From Mustelus asterias (lineage: Eukaryota): DNA of 64,000 bases. This document shows, one piece after another, positions 47,180 through 61,159 of this stretch (the first letter of the stretch is position 1; each line of letters opens with the position of its first letter). The stretch covers positions 2,542,001-2,606,000 of the forward strand of contig NC_135815.1 of assembly GCF_964213995.1 (NCBI RefSeq), given 5' to 3'. The position numbers and the translations under genes were made by a program. Under the pieces are notes generated by a model, which was not told the origin of the DNA, did not search any database, and saw only the letters and a program-made list of their open reading frames with translations.

Positions 47180-47675
47180 GGAGGCTAAGAAAATTCGGCA
47201 TGTTCACTACAACTCTCACCAATTTTTATAGATGCAGCTTGGTATGGCTCCTGCTCTGCCCAAGACCGCAAGAAACTACAAAGGGTTGTGAATGTAGCCC
47301 AGTCCATCACACAAACCTCCCATCCATTGACTCTGTCTACACTTCCCGCTGCCTCGGCAAAGCAGCCAGCATAATTAAGGACCCCACGCACCCCGGACAT
47401 TTTCTCTTCCACCTTCTTCCTTCGGGAAAAAGATACAAAAATCTGAGGTCACGTACCAACCGACTCAAGAACAGCTTCTTCCCTGCTGCTGTCAGACTTT
47501 TGAATGGTCTGACCATATATTAAACCGATCTTTGTTTACATCATTGCTATGACATTCTGCACCTGTCCTTTCCTTCTTCCCTATATACTCTATGAATGGT
47601 ATGCTTTGTGTGTATAGTGCACAAGAAACAACACTTTTCACTGTATCCCAACACGTGACAATAATAAATCGAATC
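47180..47675 (+). mobile_element. Rex1/Babar-type LINE 3' fragment
   Basis: LRKFGM, IIKDPTHPGH, LLPSGKRY, RTNRLKNSFFP. Confidence 0.85.
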
Positions 47676-47731
47676 AAATGCTGGCCAGCCAGTGAAGTTG
47701 AGGTCCCACAAATGAATTAAAAAATAGAAAA

Positions 47732-47775
<44 letters not shown>

Positions 47776-48189
47776 ACACAAACTTGCACTTACAAACACA
47801 CTTATACATACCCATACAAACATGCACATACATATACACACAAACATACACACACACATCACTCTCCCCTTCATTTGAAGAGATCCTCGTGTTTCTGAGA
47901 ATAATTTATTTCCATTTACAATTGAGCAGGGGTCAGACAGACAGCAGAGGAAGGGAACGGGGCAATGTCCACAGCTGGGACCTGGGTACCTGTCTTGCGG
48001 CGATTGGAGCTGTTTGCTGATTTTTCACAGGAACAGCTCTCTGTGTGAGACACATTAACACTGTAACGGGAGCAGCTTCATTGAATAGTGCACCAGAACT
48101 GACAGACTGCCATCTGGATTTCGTTAGCAGTTAATTAACATACTTCACCATGAATTAATATATAATGAGCATTATCCATTGTTTAAAAT

Positions 48190-48870
48190 TAATTGTGTGT
48201 TGTTGGAGCGGATCCAGGCCAGTGGGGAGTATTCCATCACACGCCTGACTTGTGCCTTGTAGATGATGGACAGGCTTTGGGGAGAGTCAGAAGGTGTGAT
48301 ATCGCCACAGGATTCCCAGCCTCTGCTCTTGTAGCCACGACATTGATATGGCCAGTCCAGTTCAGTGTCTGGTGAATGGTAACCTCCATGATGTTGATAG
48401 TTGGAGATTCAGTGATGGTGATGCCATGGAATATCAAGGGGTGATGGTTAGATTCTCACTTGTTGGAAGTGGTCATTGCCTGGCACTTGTGTGGCACAAA
48501 TGAAACTTCTCACCTATCAGCACAAGCCTGGATATTGTCCAGGTCTTGCTGCATTTGAACATGGACTGTTTCAGTATCTGGGGAGTTGCGAATGGTGCTG
48601 AACATTGTGCAGTCATCAGCGAACATCCCCATTCTGACCTTATGACGGAGGGAAGGTCATTAATGAAGCAGCTGAAGATGGTTGGGCCTGGGACACTGAC
48701 CCTGAGGGACTCCTGCAGTGGTGAACTGGGACTGAGATGTTTGACCTCCAACCACCACAACCATCTTCCTCTGTGCCGGGTGTGACTCCAACCAGCGGAG
48801 AGTTTTCCCTTGATGCTCATTGACTCCAGTTTTGTGAAGGCTTCTTGACGCTATTCTGGATTGAATGCTG
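48190..48870 (-). mobile_element. Old CR1/L2-group LINE RT fragment
   Basis: SVPGPTIFSCFINDLPSVIRS. Confidence 0.75.
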
Positions 48871-50607
48871 CCTTTCAGGGCAGGCAGTGGTGTAGTGTTA
48901 TTGTTGCTAGACTAGTAATCCAGAGACCCGGGGTAGTTCTCTGGAGACACGGGTTCGAATTCCACCATGTCAGATGGTGAAATTTGAATTTTAAAAAAAT
49001 CTGGAAGAATCTACTGATGACCATGAAACCATTGTCGATTGTTGGAAAAACCCATCTGGTTCACTAATGTCCTTTAGGGAAGGAAATCTGCCGTCCTTAC
49101 CCGGTCTGGCCTACAGGTGACTCCAGAGCCACAGCAATGTTGTTGACTCTTAAAATGCCCTCAGGGATGAGCAATAAACACTGGCCCAGCCAGCGACGCC
49201 CACATCGGATGAATGAATAAAACAAAAGCTGCTCTCACCTCAAGAGTTCATGGCCATCTTTAAATCAAAGCTGTAATGAGATCAGGAGCTGAATGGTCCT
49301 GACAGAATCCAAACTGAGTGTCACTGAGCAGGTGATTGTTTAAAGTTTATTTGAAGTTTATTTACTAGTCACAAGTAAGGCTTACATTAACACTGCAATG
49401 AAGTGACTGTGAAAATCCCCTATTGCTGGTCTGTCAAAGAGTCATGGAAGTTTCCAGTCCAGAAATAGACCCTTTGGTCCATCATCTTTCTCCCAGCCAT
49501 CAAGCACCACTCCATTCTAATCCATTTTCTAGCACTTAGCCCGTAGCCGTGTATACTATAGCATTTCATGTTCTCATCTAAATGCTTCCTAAATGTTGTG
49601 AGGGTTCCCGCCCCCACCACCCCTTCATGCAGCGAGTTCCAGATTCCCAACAACCTCTGGGTGAAAGGTTTTTCCTCAAGTCCCCTATAAACCTCTTGCA
49701 CTTCATGTTTAATGGAGCATGAGCTGCTTATGTCAACAACGCAATCTTTAATCTCCCCTTGAGCTGTCAATCAAGCAGCCTCATAAAACACAATGGAGAT
49801 AATTGCCGTATTGAAATTGACAGCTCCTGTCAATCAAAGCAGTTCGAACAGGTCTGGGAAGACCTGGGGCTTCTGAAATTAGCCAAGGGCAATGCCCACT
49901 GTAGAATGAAGTGCTACTGTGATTTAGAAGGCTTCCAGCTGTTCAGGAAGCCTGGATTTTAATGCGACCCAGGCAACATCGAAGATTTTACACAATGCAG
50001 ACGATGATATACAATTTTACCTAAAATCACCACCCTAAGAGTTATTGCCACATTTCCCAGGCCAACAAAGTGAAGTCCAGGCACAAGACCCCTATCTCAG
50101 GGGAATGGCCTCGAGGCCAACCCCGTCCCCAGCCTGAGCACCCCCAACCCACAGGTCCTTTGAAGGATCTCCCCTCCTGTAACCTGGCAGTGGCTGCATA
50201 GTCCATGGGCACAGTTGGAGGCAGTACTTACCTCCTTGCTCTCCCTCGGAGCCGGAGCGCCCGGTCCTCACTTGTCAGGACCAGGAGAGATTGGGCCCGC
50301 TGCACTTCCAGCTGGGGAGGGAGTGGGGAAGGCATCCCGGGACGTTGGTTCCCTCTGCTTCATGTGAACGGTAGTTAGTTTGGATCAGGTTCCAGGACTC
50401 TCTGGCCGGGTGCAGATTCAATGGGCCATCGGGATTCCCACCGGGGGCTAACGGTCCGGGGAATTGCCCCCTCAATGTTGGGAACCCAGCCACCAATTTC
50501 TGGAACAGCAAGATCCCACAAGCAACAATGACAATGACAGGTCATCAGGTTTTATCTTGGTGACTGGATAGATATTGGCCAAAGACACCTCCCCTGCTCT
50601 ATTCCAA

Positions 50608-51228
50608 TAACTCGGCCAACATTGTCTACCTGATACGCTGCAGGAAAGGATGTCCCGAGGCATGGTACATTGGGGAAGCCATGCAGACGCTGCGACAACG
50701 GATGAATGAACACCGCTCGACAATCACCAGGCAAGACTGTTCTCTTCCTGTGGGGGAGCACTTCAGCAGTCACGGGCATTCAGCCTTGGATCTTCAGGTA
50801 AGCGTTCTCCAAGGCGGCCTTCACGACACACGACAGCGCAGAGTCGCTGAGCAGAAACTGATAGCCAAGTTCCGCACACATGAGGACGGCCTAAACCGGG
50901 ATGTTGGATTTATGTCACATTATCAGTAACCCCCACAGCTTCCCTCCTGGGCTTGTAGAATCTCACTAGCTGTTCTGTCTGGAGACAATACACATTTCTT
51001 TAACCTGTGTTTAATGCTCCCTCCACCCACATTGTCTGTACCTTTAAGACCTGGCTGGTTGTAGGATTCGCATTCTAACCAGTATTCTGCAACTTGATTT
51101 TGTCTGTTTGCACTGTTTGCGAGCACATTTCCACTCCATCTGACGAAGGAGCAGTGCACCGAAAGCTTATGGTATTTGCTACCAAATAAACCTGTTGGAC
51201 TTTAACCTGGTGTTGTGAGACTTCTTAC
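50608..51228 (+). mobile_element. Penelope-like element 3' fragment: GIY-YIG endonuclease + pLTR with hammerhead (51136-51172)
   Basis: SANIVYLIRCRKGCPEAWYIGEAMQTLRQRMNEH...EQKLIAKFRTHEDGLN. Confidence 0.9.
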
Positions 51229-51634
51229 CCTATTCCAATATTCCCATGGAACCTTTCACAGCCACCTGGGAGGGTAGCAGTGACTCACTTCAACATCATA
51301 CGTGAAAGACAGCACTTCTAAACAGTGCAGCACTCCCTCTGCAATGCACTGGCAACATCAGTAACAACAACAGTGCGGCACTCCCTCTGCAATTCACTGG
51401 CAGCATCAGTAACAACAACAGTGCAGCACTCCCTCTGCAATGCACTGGCAACATCAGGAACAACAACAATTATCAGAGTATTACTCAACTCAGCATGAAC
51501 CTGAACCATGTGAGGAAATATTCGGAGAGATGATCAACACTTTGGTCAAAATCGTGGGTTTGAAGGAGAAAACGGAGGTTTAGAGAGACAGATGTTTAGA
51601 GAGACAGATGTTTAGAGAGGCAATTTAAACATTT

Positions 51635-52442
51635 GGGCTGAATTTCTCCCAAAAAAATTTGAAGTGCTGAATTGGCGGGAAAAATGGTGCAGATCTTGAT
51701 AGTTTTTTCAGTGGGAGTTCAGACCCGAATCTCCGCACTCTGTGCAATGCAGAGGTCACAATTGTGAATATCATTAAAAGCTCGGTGGAGGGCGGCCTAT
51801 TCACACTGGGGTCTGACAGTTCTGGGACTCTGCACATGCACAGTGTCCCCGATCTGTCAGACTCCCCATTGCTGGCTGAGCCTCCCCCCGCTAACCCCAC
51901 CCCCCGAGTTGAACCCCCCCCCACCCCCCCAGCCCGCCCCAATCGCTGGTCTCCCTCCTGCCCCCACTGATCCCAATGGCAGGGTGGCAGTGGGAACCCC
52001 CACCTTCACTGATCACCCCCTCGGCCCCATCCCAAACTGGCCACACTCCCTTGACACTGTGAACAGTGTCAAGGTGCCCCCTGGGCATGGGCATTTTTCC
52101 CCTTGGGCGGTACCGGGGACTCATGCCAAGGGGGCTTCACCCCCCACCACCCAACCACCTGGGGGGCCCTGATTGCCTCCCCTTCACTCCAGCCGGTCCG
52201 GGCCACTAGTTCCCCGAAAGTGGGGCGCTAGTCTGGACTCTGCAGGAGTGAGGCACTCTGGCGGGGTGGGAGAGGTGAGCTGGGACGGAGAATTCAGTCC
52301 CAGACCCAATAATAGCATTTAAATGCTGGCCGTGCCTCCCTGCCAATCTCCGGCGTGGAGCAGACGCCGCTGGAATTCCAGCACTGGGAGACGCGAGCGG
52401 GACGTGAATGCCGACGCGAATCCTGCATGATTCTCCCGGCCT
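51635..52442. mobile_element. GC-rich MITE-like element
   Basis: Starts GGGCTGAATTTCTCC and ends ATTCTCCCGGCC; resembles the other MITE termini in the window. Confidence 0.5.
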
Positions 52443-53454
52443 TGGGCTCAAGCAGCTGAATGCACGGCCATCAATGGTGGAGAATGTTCAAGTTGCGAGA
52501 ACTGGAAGAGCAGAAAGTGTGAGGCTGGAGGAGATTGCAGAGGGTGAGGCCATGGGAGTGATGTGAAAACAAAGATGAGAATTTTAAATCAAGACATTAT
52601 TGGATTGGGAGCCGGTGCGGGCCAGGGAGCCCAGGGATGATGGGTGAACAGAGTTTGCTGCAGGTTAGGATGTGTTGAAGATATTGGAGAGTGAAGAGCA
52701 GCCAGGGGAGTGTTGGGATGGTCAAGTCTGGAGGCAGCAAAGGCAGGAAATGGGGCTTGGCTTCTCCATTCACTGACTCGGAGGAGAGAGTGTTACCCAG
52801 TGAAGTGTTCTCATTCATCGCAACTGATACAGATCCAGAGAAGGGACAGCCTCACTCAAGACTCACTGAGAATCCTCGCCAGGATTTCATCACAGTTTCT
52901 GAGTTAACAGAAATGTCAAAGTTTGGACAGATTGTAGAAAATATTCCTCACCAACATCCCGCAGAGTAACTTCCGAGTCAGAGAGAAACTGCGCCAAGAC
53001 ATTTGACCAGTCCGAATATTTTATTGAGTTGGGGAAATGCAGGGAATGGACACAGCAAAGTGAGGAATCCTCCGATGTGTCTGAGTAATGAAGGATTCCG
53101 AGGAGACGGGAGGTGAATTATCCCTTCACTGATAATGTGCTCGGAATCACCGGGGCTGTCTAAAGAAATGGAAGCTTTTTCTAGAACATTCTAAGTCAAT
53201 AAATCAAAAGGGCATCAAACTGTTTACCTGCAAATCATTTCTTAATGAACAAGGTGTCACTTCACACCTTCCCAGCCACATCTCGATATTTTAAACTATT
53301 ATCTATTTATTTTACTGATGAGAATATTAACATGGATGATGCAATCAGCTAAAGGGAGAGTGAGGGGTTAGTGTGCGAGCTCTCAGCGCAGCCCCTCGAG
53401 CAGCAACGACACAGTCTATAGCTCGGTACAATCTCACTGCCCATGGGCTGGGCA

Positions 53455-54115
53455 GGTGTGGGTGCCGGGGGGCGGCGGGGGGGGGGGGGGAGTGGATGCA
53501 GGAGGGTGGGGGAGTGGGTGCGGGTGGGTGGGGGGGGGAGGTGGGTGCGGGTGGATGGGGATGGGTGTGGGGTGGTGGGTGCAGGGGGGTGGGGGGGAGG
53601 TGGGTGCAGGAGGGTGGATGGGTGCGGGGGGGTGGGTGCAGGGGGTGTGTGGGTGCAGGAGGGTGGGTGCAGGGGGTGGAGGGGTGTGGGGGGGTGGGTA
53701 CAGTTGGGTGGGTGCAGGGGGATGTGGGTGCAGGGGTGTGTGGGTGCAGGGGGGTGGGGGGGGGAGGTGGGTGCAGGAGGGTGGATGGGTGCGGGGGGTG
53801 GGTGCAGGGGGTGTGTGGGTGCAGGAGGGTGGGTGCAGGGGGGTGGAGGGGTGTGGGGGGGTGGGTACAGTTGGGTGGGTACAGTTGGGTGGGTGCAGGG
53901 GGGTGTGGGTGCAGGGGGGTGTGGGTGCAGGGGTGTGTGGGTGCAGGAGGGTGGGTGCAGGGGGGTGGGGGGGTGGGTACAGTTGGGTGGGTACAGTTGG
54001 GTGGGTGCAGGGGGGTGTGGGTGCAGGGGGGTGTGGGTGCAGGGGTGTGTGGGTGCAGGGGGGTGTGGGTGCAGGGGGGTGTGGGTGCAGGGGGGTGGGT
54101 GCAGGGGGGTGTGGG
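53455..54115. repeat. G-rich minisatellite (GGGTGCAGGGGGGTGT-like) in the presumptive CHRNA2 3' UTR
   Basis: Starts ~75 bp past the stop codon; candidate minus-strand AATAAA signals at 53306-53311 and 53020-53025 lie beyond it. Confidence 0.9.
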
Positions 54116-54191
54116 GAGAGTTCCTTCCAGCTGCTCTCTCCCCAGTTGCTGCTCCAACGCTCCCGGCTTATTCCCTCTCCTGGAGACCAGT

Positions 54192-54758
<567 letters not shown>

Positions 54759-54958
54759 NNNNNNNNNNNNNNNNNNNNNNNNNNNNNNNNNNNNNNNNNN
54801 NNNNNNNNNNNNNNNNNNNNNNNNNNNNNNNNNNNNNNNNNNNNNNNNNNNNNNNNNNNNNNNNNNNNNNNNNNNNNNNNNNNNNNNNNNNNNNNNNNNN
54901 NNNNNNNNNNNNNNNNNNNNNNNNNNNNNNNNNNNNNNNNNNNNNNNNNNNNNNNNNN
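54759..54958. other. Assembly gap (200 N) in the last CHRNA2 intron
   Basis: N run flanked by GA/CT low-complexity sequence. Confidence 0.99.
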
Positions 54959-56299
54959 CTCCCCTCCCCTCCCCTCTACTCCCCTCCCCTCTACTCCCAG
55001 GGAGATCTTCGTGGAAATGTGCTATAGGCCTGACAGGGTCATCATGAAATGTCTAATCATGTCTCCGCTGATCTGTAAGACGGAGTTTGTAACATATTGG
55101 ATGGGTTGCAGTTTGGAAAAGCATCAGAAATTGGATAATCTTCGGATGGTGCAATGAACAGATGAAAGTCCGTGCGGATTTCTGTCACTCTGTTCAATGA
55201 CACGGATTGGGTTTCGCCCCCCAACAACCCACCCCCCCCCCCCCGCTCCCTCCCACCCCCCCGCTCCCACCCCAACCCCCCCGCTCCCTCCCACCCCCAA
55301 CCCCCCTCCCCCACCCCCTCACTAACTCAGCAAACCCCTTCACTGCTCATTGGCCTGGAGGAGATCCCGATACCCTGGACTGAGGATTTTACAGAGGATT
55401 GGTCCCGATACACCCAGTCTGGGATTCACTGTTTCACCCACTGTCCTTGCACAATCAGGACCGGTGCCGGTGCCGGCAGCAACTCCTGGAGGACAGAACT
55501 TGGAACTCTGGAGAAACAGCCAGCGTGCAATGAGCAATCATTAACTGAGATTATTCCCAGTGGATCGAGCAACTCTGTTTCTCGGGAAGGGATTTTGTTA
55601 ACCATTTGCCACGTTAGACTCAGAGTCTGGAAATTATTTCCTGCGTCCAGTTAACCATTTTCCCCTTTTAATGATGTCAACATTTATTCCTCTATCAATT
55701 CCTCAGCTCTTGGTTAACCATTTCCCATTGGAGACTTTGGTCTTTGCAGTCACAAACATTTTCCGTTGATGATTTTGTGTCAGGTTTGCAGTTTTCAACC
55801 TCACTCTTTCCTTGATTTTCAGTTTCTCATTAACCCTTTCTTGACTTGGTCTCTACATACAGTTTTCAGCTTTTTCAATGTATTTATTTATGGGGATGTA
55901 GGTGTCATTGGCTAGGTCAGTATTTGTTCCTCATCCCTAATTGCCCCTTGAGAAGATGGTGGTGACCCGCCTTCTTGAACCTCCGTAGTCTGTGTGGTGT
56001 AGGTACACCTACAGTGCAGTTAGGGAGGGAGTTCCAGGACTTTGACCCAGTGACAGTGAAAGTATGGTGATATATTTAATGTTGAATTTAATGGTATCAA
56101 GATCACTATTTCTTGCTGAATTTTGTACAGATTACTGCTTACCTCATTGTCCAATCTAAAATATCTGTGTCACCAGTTGGTTCCACAACATATTGACTCT
56201 TGCTATTCCTAATCTCCACCTATACTGACGCTACTTCCTCATTTCCTCAACCAAGATCCTTTCTCATGAATGTCCTTATGGTATCCTTTATTATCAGGT

Positions 56300-57430
56300 T
56301 CAAAAACTAAAATTACGTGGGATTTCGGGTGGGCTGGCCAGATGGATACAGACCTGGCTTGGTTATAGAAGACAGAGTAGCGGTGGAAGGGTGTTTTTCA
56401 GAATGGAGATCTGTAGCTAGCGGTGTTCCGGAGGGATCAGTGCTGGGACCTCTGTAGTTTGAAGTATATATAAGTGATCTGGACGAAAATGTGGGTAGTC
56501 TGATCAGTAAATTTGGGGATGACATCAAGATTGGTGGAGTTGCTGATAGTGCTGGGGATTGTCAGAGGATACAACAGGATATTGATAGATTGGAAAGCTG
56601 GGCACAGAAATGGCAGATGGAGTTTAATCTGGACAAATGCGAGTGATGCATTTTGGAGGATCAAATTTACCTGTGAATTACACTGTAAATGGCAGAACCC
56701 TTAGGAACATTAACATACAGAGGGATCTGGGCGTACAGGTCCATAGTTTCCTAAAAGTGGCAACACAGGTGGCCAAGGTGAATAAGAAAACATATGGCCT
56801 GTTGCCTTCATCGGCCAGGGCATTGAGTACGTGAGTTGGGAAATCAAGTTGCAGCTATATGAAACCTTGGTTTGGCCACATTTGGAGTATTGCGTGCAGT
56901 TCTGGTCACCACACTACCAGAAGGACGTGGAAGCTTTGCAGAGAGTGCAGAGAAGGTTCACCAGGATGTTGCCTGGTCTCGAGGGTGTTGGCTATGAGGA
57001 GAGATTGAATAGACTGGGATTGTTTTCACTGGCAAGGCGGAGGCTGAGAGGAGACCTGATAGAGGTCTACAAAATTATGAGAGGCACAGACAGGGTGGAT
57101 AGTCAGAGGCTTTTTCAAAGTGTGGAAGTGTCAATTACAAGGGGGCACAGGTTCAAGGTGAGAAGGGGAAAGTTAAGGGAAGTTTTTCACGCAAAGAGTG
57201 GTGGGTGCCTGGAACACGCTGCCAGAGGAGGTGGTGGAAGCAGGCACATTAGCAATTTTTAAGAGGCATCTGGATGGATACAAGGATAGGGAAAGAATAG
57301 AGGGATTCGGACCAAGTAAGGACAGAAGGTTTTTTTTAGTTTAGTTAGGGCATCATGATCAACACAGATTTGGAGGGCCGAAGGGCCTGTTCCTGTGCTG
57401 TAATTTTCTTCGTCCTTTGTTCTTTCTTTG
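56300..57430 (+). mobile_element. CR1 3' fragment (intronic)
   Basis: Degraded RT motifs and tail. Confidence 0.9.
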
Positions 57431-57550
57431 TACCCTTCCTCCTTTGGTATTCTGTCAGTCTTTTTAGAAATATCATGCACCCCAGACTATTTACTTCCCA
57501 ACCTTGGTCACCTTGTAACCATGTCTCTCCCCACCAGCAGCAACACTTAC

Positions 57551-58583
57551 TGAAAAGTCAGCATCCTCGGCTCGGAGATGGTTGGCGATGTAGTGTACTC
57601 CCTCCAGGGCTCTGATGATGCTGGGTGAGAGCAGCAGGGTGGGTTCCGCCTGGGTGCCATTATTCAGACTGCTTCTCTGGCTGTGATTGGCTCTCCCAGC
57701 TGGATACCGGTTGGGTTCATGGCGACACTGGTATCCGTGACTGTGGTGGCCCATTGTCCTGGGGTGACACAGGGGCAGGCTGAAACAGGGGGCCTCGGGC
57801 TCTGTTTGGGGGGAGCATCGCGGGGGGCTAAGCTTCAGCTCCAGCAGGCTGAAGTGATTGGTGAAGGTTTCCGTCTTGGGTCCAGGCCTCTTCATGAAGA
57901 GCCAGCGAGGAATGAAATCCAGGAAGACCTTCCGTACCCACCTGGGCATCTTGTGTGTGTTGGGCGAGCGATGATGGACGTTGAGGACAAAGACGGTGAT
58001 AACAATGGAGAGGGTGACAAAGATCATGGTGAACAGTAGGTATTCACCGATTAGCGGGATGACGAGGGAGGTGGAGGGGATGATCTCTGTTATAAGCAGC
58101 AGGAAGACAGTGAGAGACAGCAACACCGATATGCAAAGCGTGATCTTCTCTCCGCAGCCTGATGGTAAATAGAAGACCAAGACAGTCAGACAGGAGATGA
58201 GCAAACAGGGAATGATGAGGTTAATGGTATAGAAGAGGGGAAGTCTCCTGATAATGAAGGAGTATGTGATATCGACATACACCTCAGAGCAACAGTCATA
58301 CTTCTTGCTGTTGTAAATTCCCACAGCGTTGACTATTGCCCACTCGCCACTCTCCCAATAGTCCTTCAGATCCACGTTCCTGCCCATGCTCCTCAGATCA
58401 ATCTTGGACTTGTCGTGCGTCCAGGAGCCAAATTTCATTTTACAATTCTGCTGGTCGAATGGAAAGAATGTGACGTCAATACTACAGGAGCTCTTGTAGA
58501 TCGCCGGGGGCACCCACTGAACTCTGCCCGTGGAGTAGAGGTGAGCCTTGGTCATGTGGGTGACAGCAAACTCCCCGTCTGCA
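57551..58583 (-). CDS. CHRNA2: nAChR alpha-2 large exon (Cys-loop, loop C, M1-M3, intracellular loop)
   Basis: TTCCAG|(N)[15 protein letters not shown]...[19 protein letters not shown]...YDCC...AEDADFS|GTAAGT. Alpha-2-type residues and a short M3-M4 loop argue against alpha-4. Confidence 0.92.
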
Positions 58584-58794
58584 CTGGAACATGCAAATAC
58601 AACGGGTTTATACAGCTGTCAGGACCAGGGAGTAAGTTATCATTAAGACAAAGCTGGTACTTTAACTTTCAAATAATGCATGCTTGCTAAATCTAACCTA
58701 TCCATCTCCCTCGAAGGTGCAGCCCTTGCAGTTTATTGTAATCAGTCTGAATTAATGAACAGTTAACTTTACATTGATTAAAATGGATAGAATT

Positions 58795-59122
58795 TTAGAC
58801 ATAGAAACCCTACAGTGCAGAAGGAGGCCATTCGGCCCATCGAGTCTGCACCGACCACAATCCCACCCAGGCCCTCCCCCCACATATTTTACCCGCTAAT
58901 CCCTCTAACCTACGCATCCCAGGACTCTAAGGGACAATTTTTTTAACCTGGCCAATCAACCTAACCCGCACATCTTTGGACTGTGGGAGGAAACCGGAGC
59001 ACCCGGAGGAAACCCACGCAGACACGAGGAGAATGTGCAAACTCCACACAGACAGTGACCCGAGCCGGGAATCGAACCCGGGATCCTGGAGCTGTGAAGC
59101 AGCAGTGCTAACCACTGTGCTA
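58795..59122 (-). mobile_element. V-SINE (intronic)
   Basis: Same family as 16886-17229. Confidence 0.85.
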
Positions 59123-59919
59123 CATCTACTCAGTGAAATAGGTCTGGAGTATCTCGCAAGATGTGCCTCGAGTGAATGTACCGATCCTCGCTTGCAGTTT
59201 CCACTGAGTGCAAACTCCAATATCAAAGCTGCTCTCCGCATTTCAGCAAAGATGCACTAACGAGATAAGTAGGTACATAAAAATCAAATTAAATCTTTCA
59301 ATCTGTCAAACAGGCACGAAATCTCTGCAGACATTGCCCACTGAATCAAAAGAGAACCATTGACTTGCGATTTATTTTTAAGCCGTTCTCAGGATGTGGG
59401 CTTTGTGGGAAAAGCGGATATTTATCACTCAATCTCGTAATCCTCTCCGCACGTGTCAATTCAGAGACAAGTTTCATTGCTGTGGCTCTGGAGTCACACA
59501 ATGACCAGACTGGGTACAAACAGCAGCTTTGATTCCCGGAGGGACATTAGTGAACCAACTGAGTTTTTAGGAAAATCTAACAGCTTCATGGTTCTGTCAG
59601 AGTCAAACGGACTCGAAATGTTAATCCTGTCTCCAGCATTTTCTGTTTTTATTTCCGATTTCCAGCATCCGCAGTATTTTGCGGTAGTTATATCCCCGTG
59701 GCCAGTTTCACCGAGAATAACTTGATACTTCCAGAATTTTAAAGAATTTTTGAATTTTCAGACACAATGGGATCTGAACATCCTTTCCCGGGATTATTAA
59801 TCAGGGCTTCAGGATGCAGTCAGATAATCCATGAGACATCGTGACATTCTCCTGGGCCAGTGAGGATTAAGATGAAAGAATAACAACAGTTGTCACTTTG
59901 GGGCAAGCCCTTGTCAGAC

Positions 59920-61100
59920 AAGACCCTGTCGAACTCAGCCTTGGATAAAGCACCCACTGCTCACTGAGGGACAAAGGTCCACAGACTCACAACCCTCTGA
60001 GACAAATACATTTGCATCATCTCCCTGTGAAATCAGAGGCCCCTTATTTTTAAACTGTGTCCCCTAGTTCCAGTCTCTCCCACAAGGGGAAACATCCTCT
60101 CAGCATTCACCCTGTCAAGTCCTCTCAGGATCTAATATTTTCAATAAGATCACCTCCCGTTCTTCTAAAATCTAATGGACAGAGTCCAACCTTTCCTCAA
60201 AAGACAATCTCTTCATCCGAGGAATGAATCAAGTGAACCTTCTCTTCACTGCTGCGAATGCAACTCTATCTTTCCCTAAGTAAGGAGACCAAAGCGGTAC
60301 ACAATATTCCAGCTGTTCCAACTCATTACCATTCTGTGTAAAAATGTTCTTTCCCACAGGTCTCCTGAATCCCATGCCCAAAATCCAAACTCTGTGTCCT
60401 CCTACATAGAAACATTGAAACATGGAAAATTGGTGCAGGAGGAGGCCATTCGGCCCTTCGAGCCTGCTTCACCATTCAATATGATCATGGATGATCATGC
60501 ACTCTCGGTATCCCACTCCCGCTTTCTCTCCATCCCCCTTAATCCCTTTAGCTACAAGGTCCACGTCCAGCTCCCCCTTGAACATATCTGGCCCCAACAG
60601 CTTTCTGTGGGAGAGAATTCCACAGGTTCACAATTCTCTGAGTGAAGAAGTTCTTCCTCATCTCAGTCCTGAATGGCTAATCCCTTATTCTTAGACTGTG
60701 ATTCCTAGTTCTGGACTTCCCCAACATCGAGAACATTCTTCCCACATCTCGCCTGTCCAGTCCCATCAGGATTTTATATGTTTCTATGAAATCCCTCTCA
60801 TTCTTCTCAATTCCAGTCAGTACAAACCCAGTTGAGAAGACAGCTCCTATTCCTTGAACCCTCAGCCAACGAAAAAGGTTTCTCATTGTCTACTTTTTCT
60901 GAACCTATTAGAATCTTGTCCACCTCTTTCAATCCTCCCCTCAGTCTCCTTTGCCCAAAGGAAAAGAAGCCCAGCTTCTCCTCCCTAACCCTGCTGCTAA
61001 AATCCCCTCACCCTGGAGGCAATCTGGTAAATCTCCCTCTCGAGGACCTTCACATCTTTCCTGAAGTGTGGTGACCAGAACTGAGTGAAATACTCCAGCT
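59920..61100 (-). mobile_element. Cluster of degraded CR1 3' fragments
   Basis: LEYCV..WSPYL, IETYKIL and RTRNHSLRI remnants. Confidence 0.75.
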
Positions 61101-61159
61101 GTGCCCTGACAACAAACAAAGGTTAAGTCTAACTTGCTCTTTATTCGACTCAATGCCTA

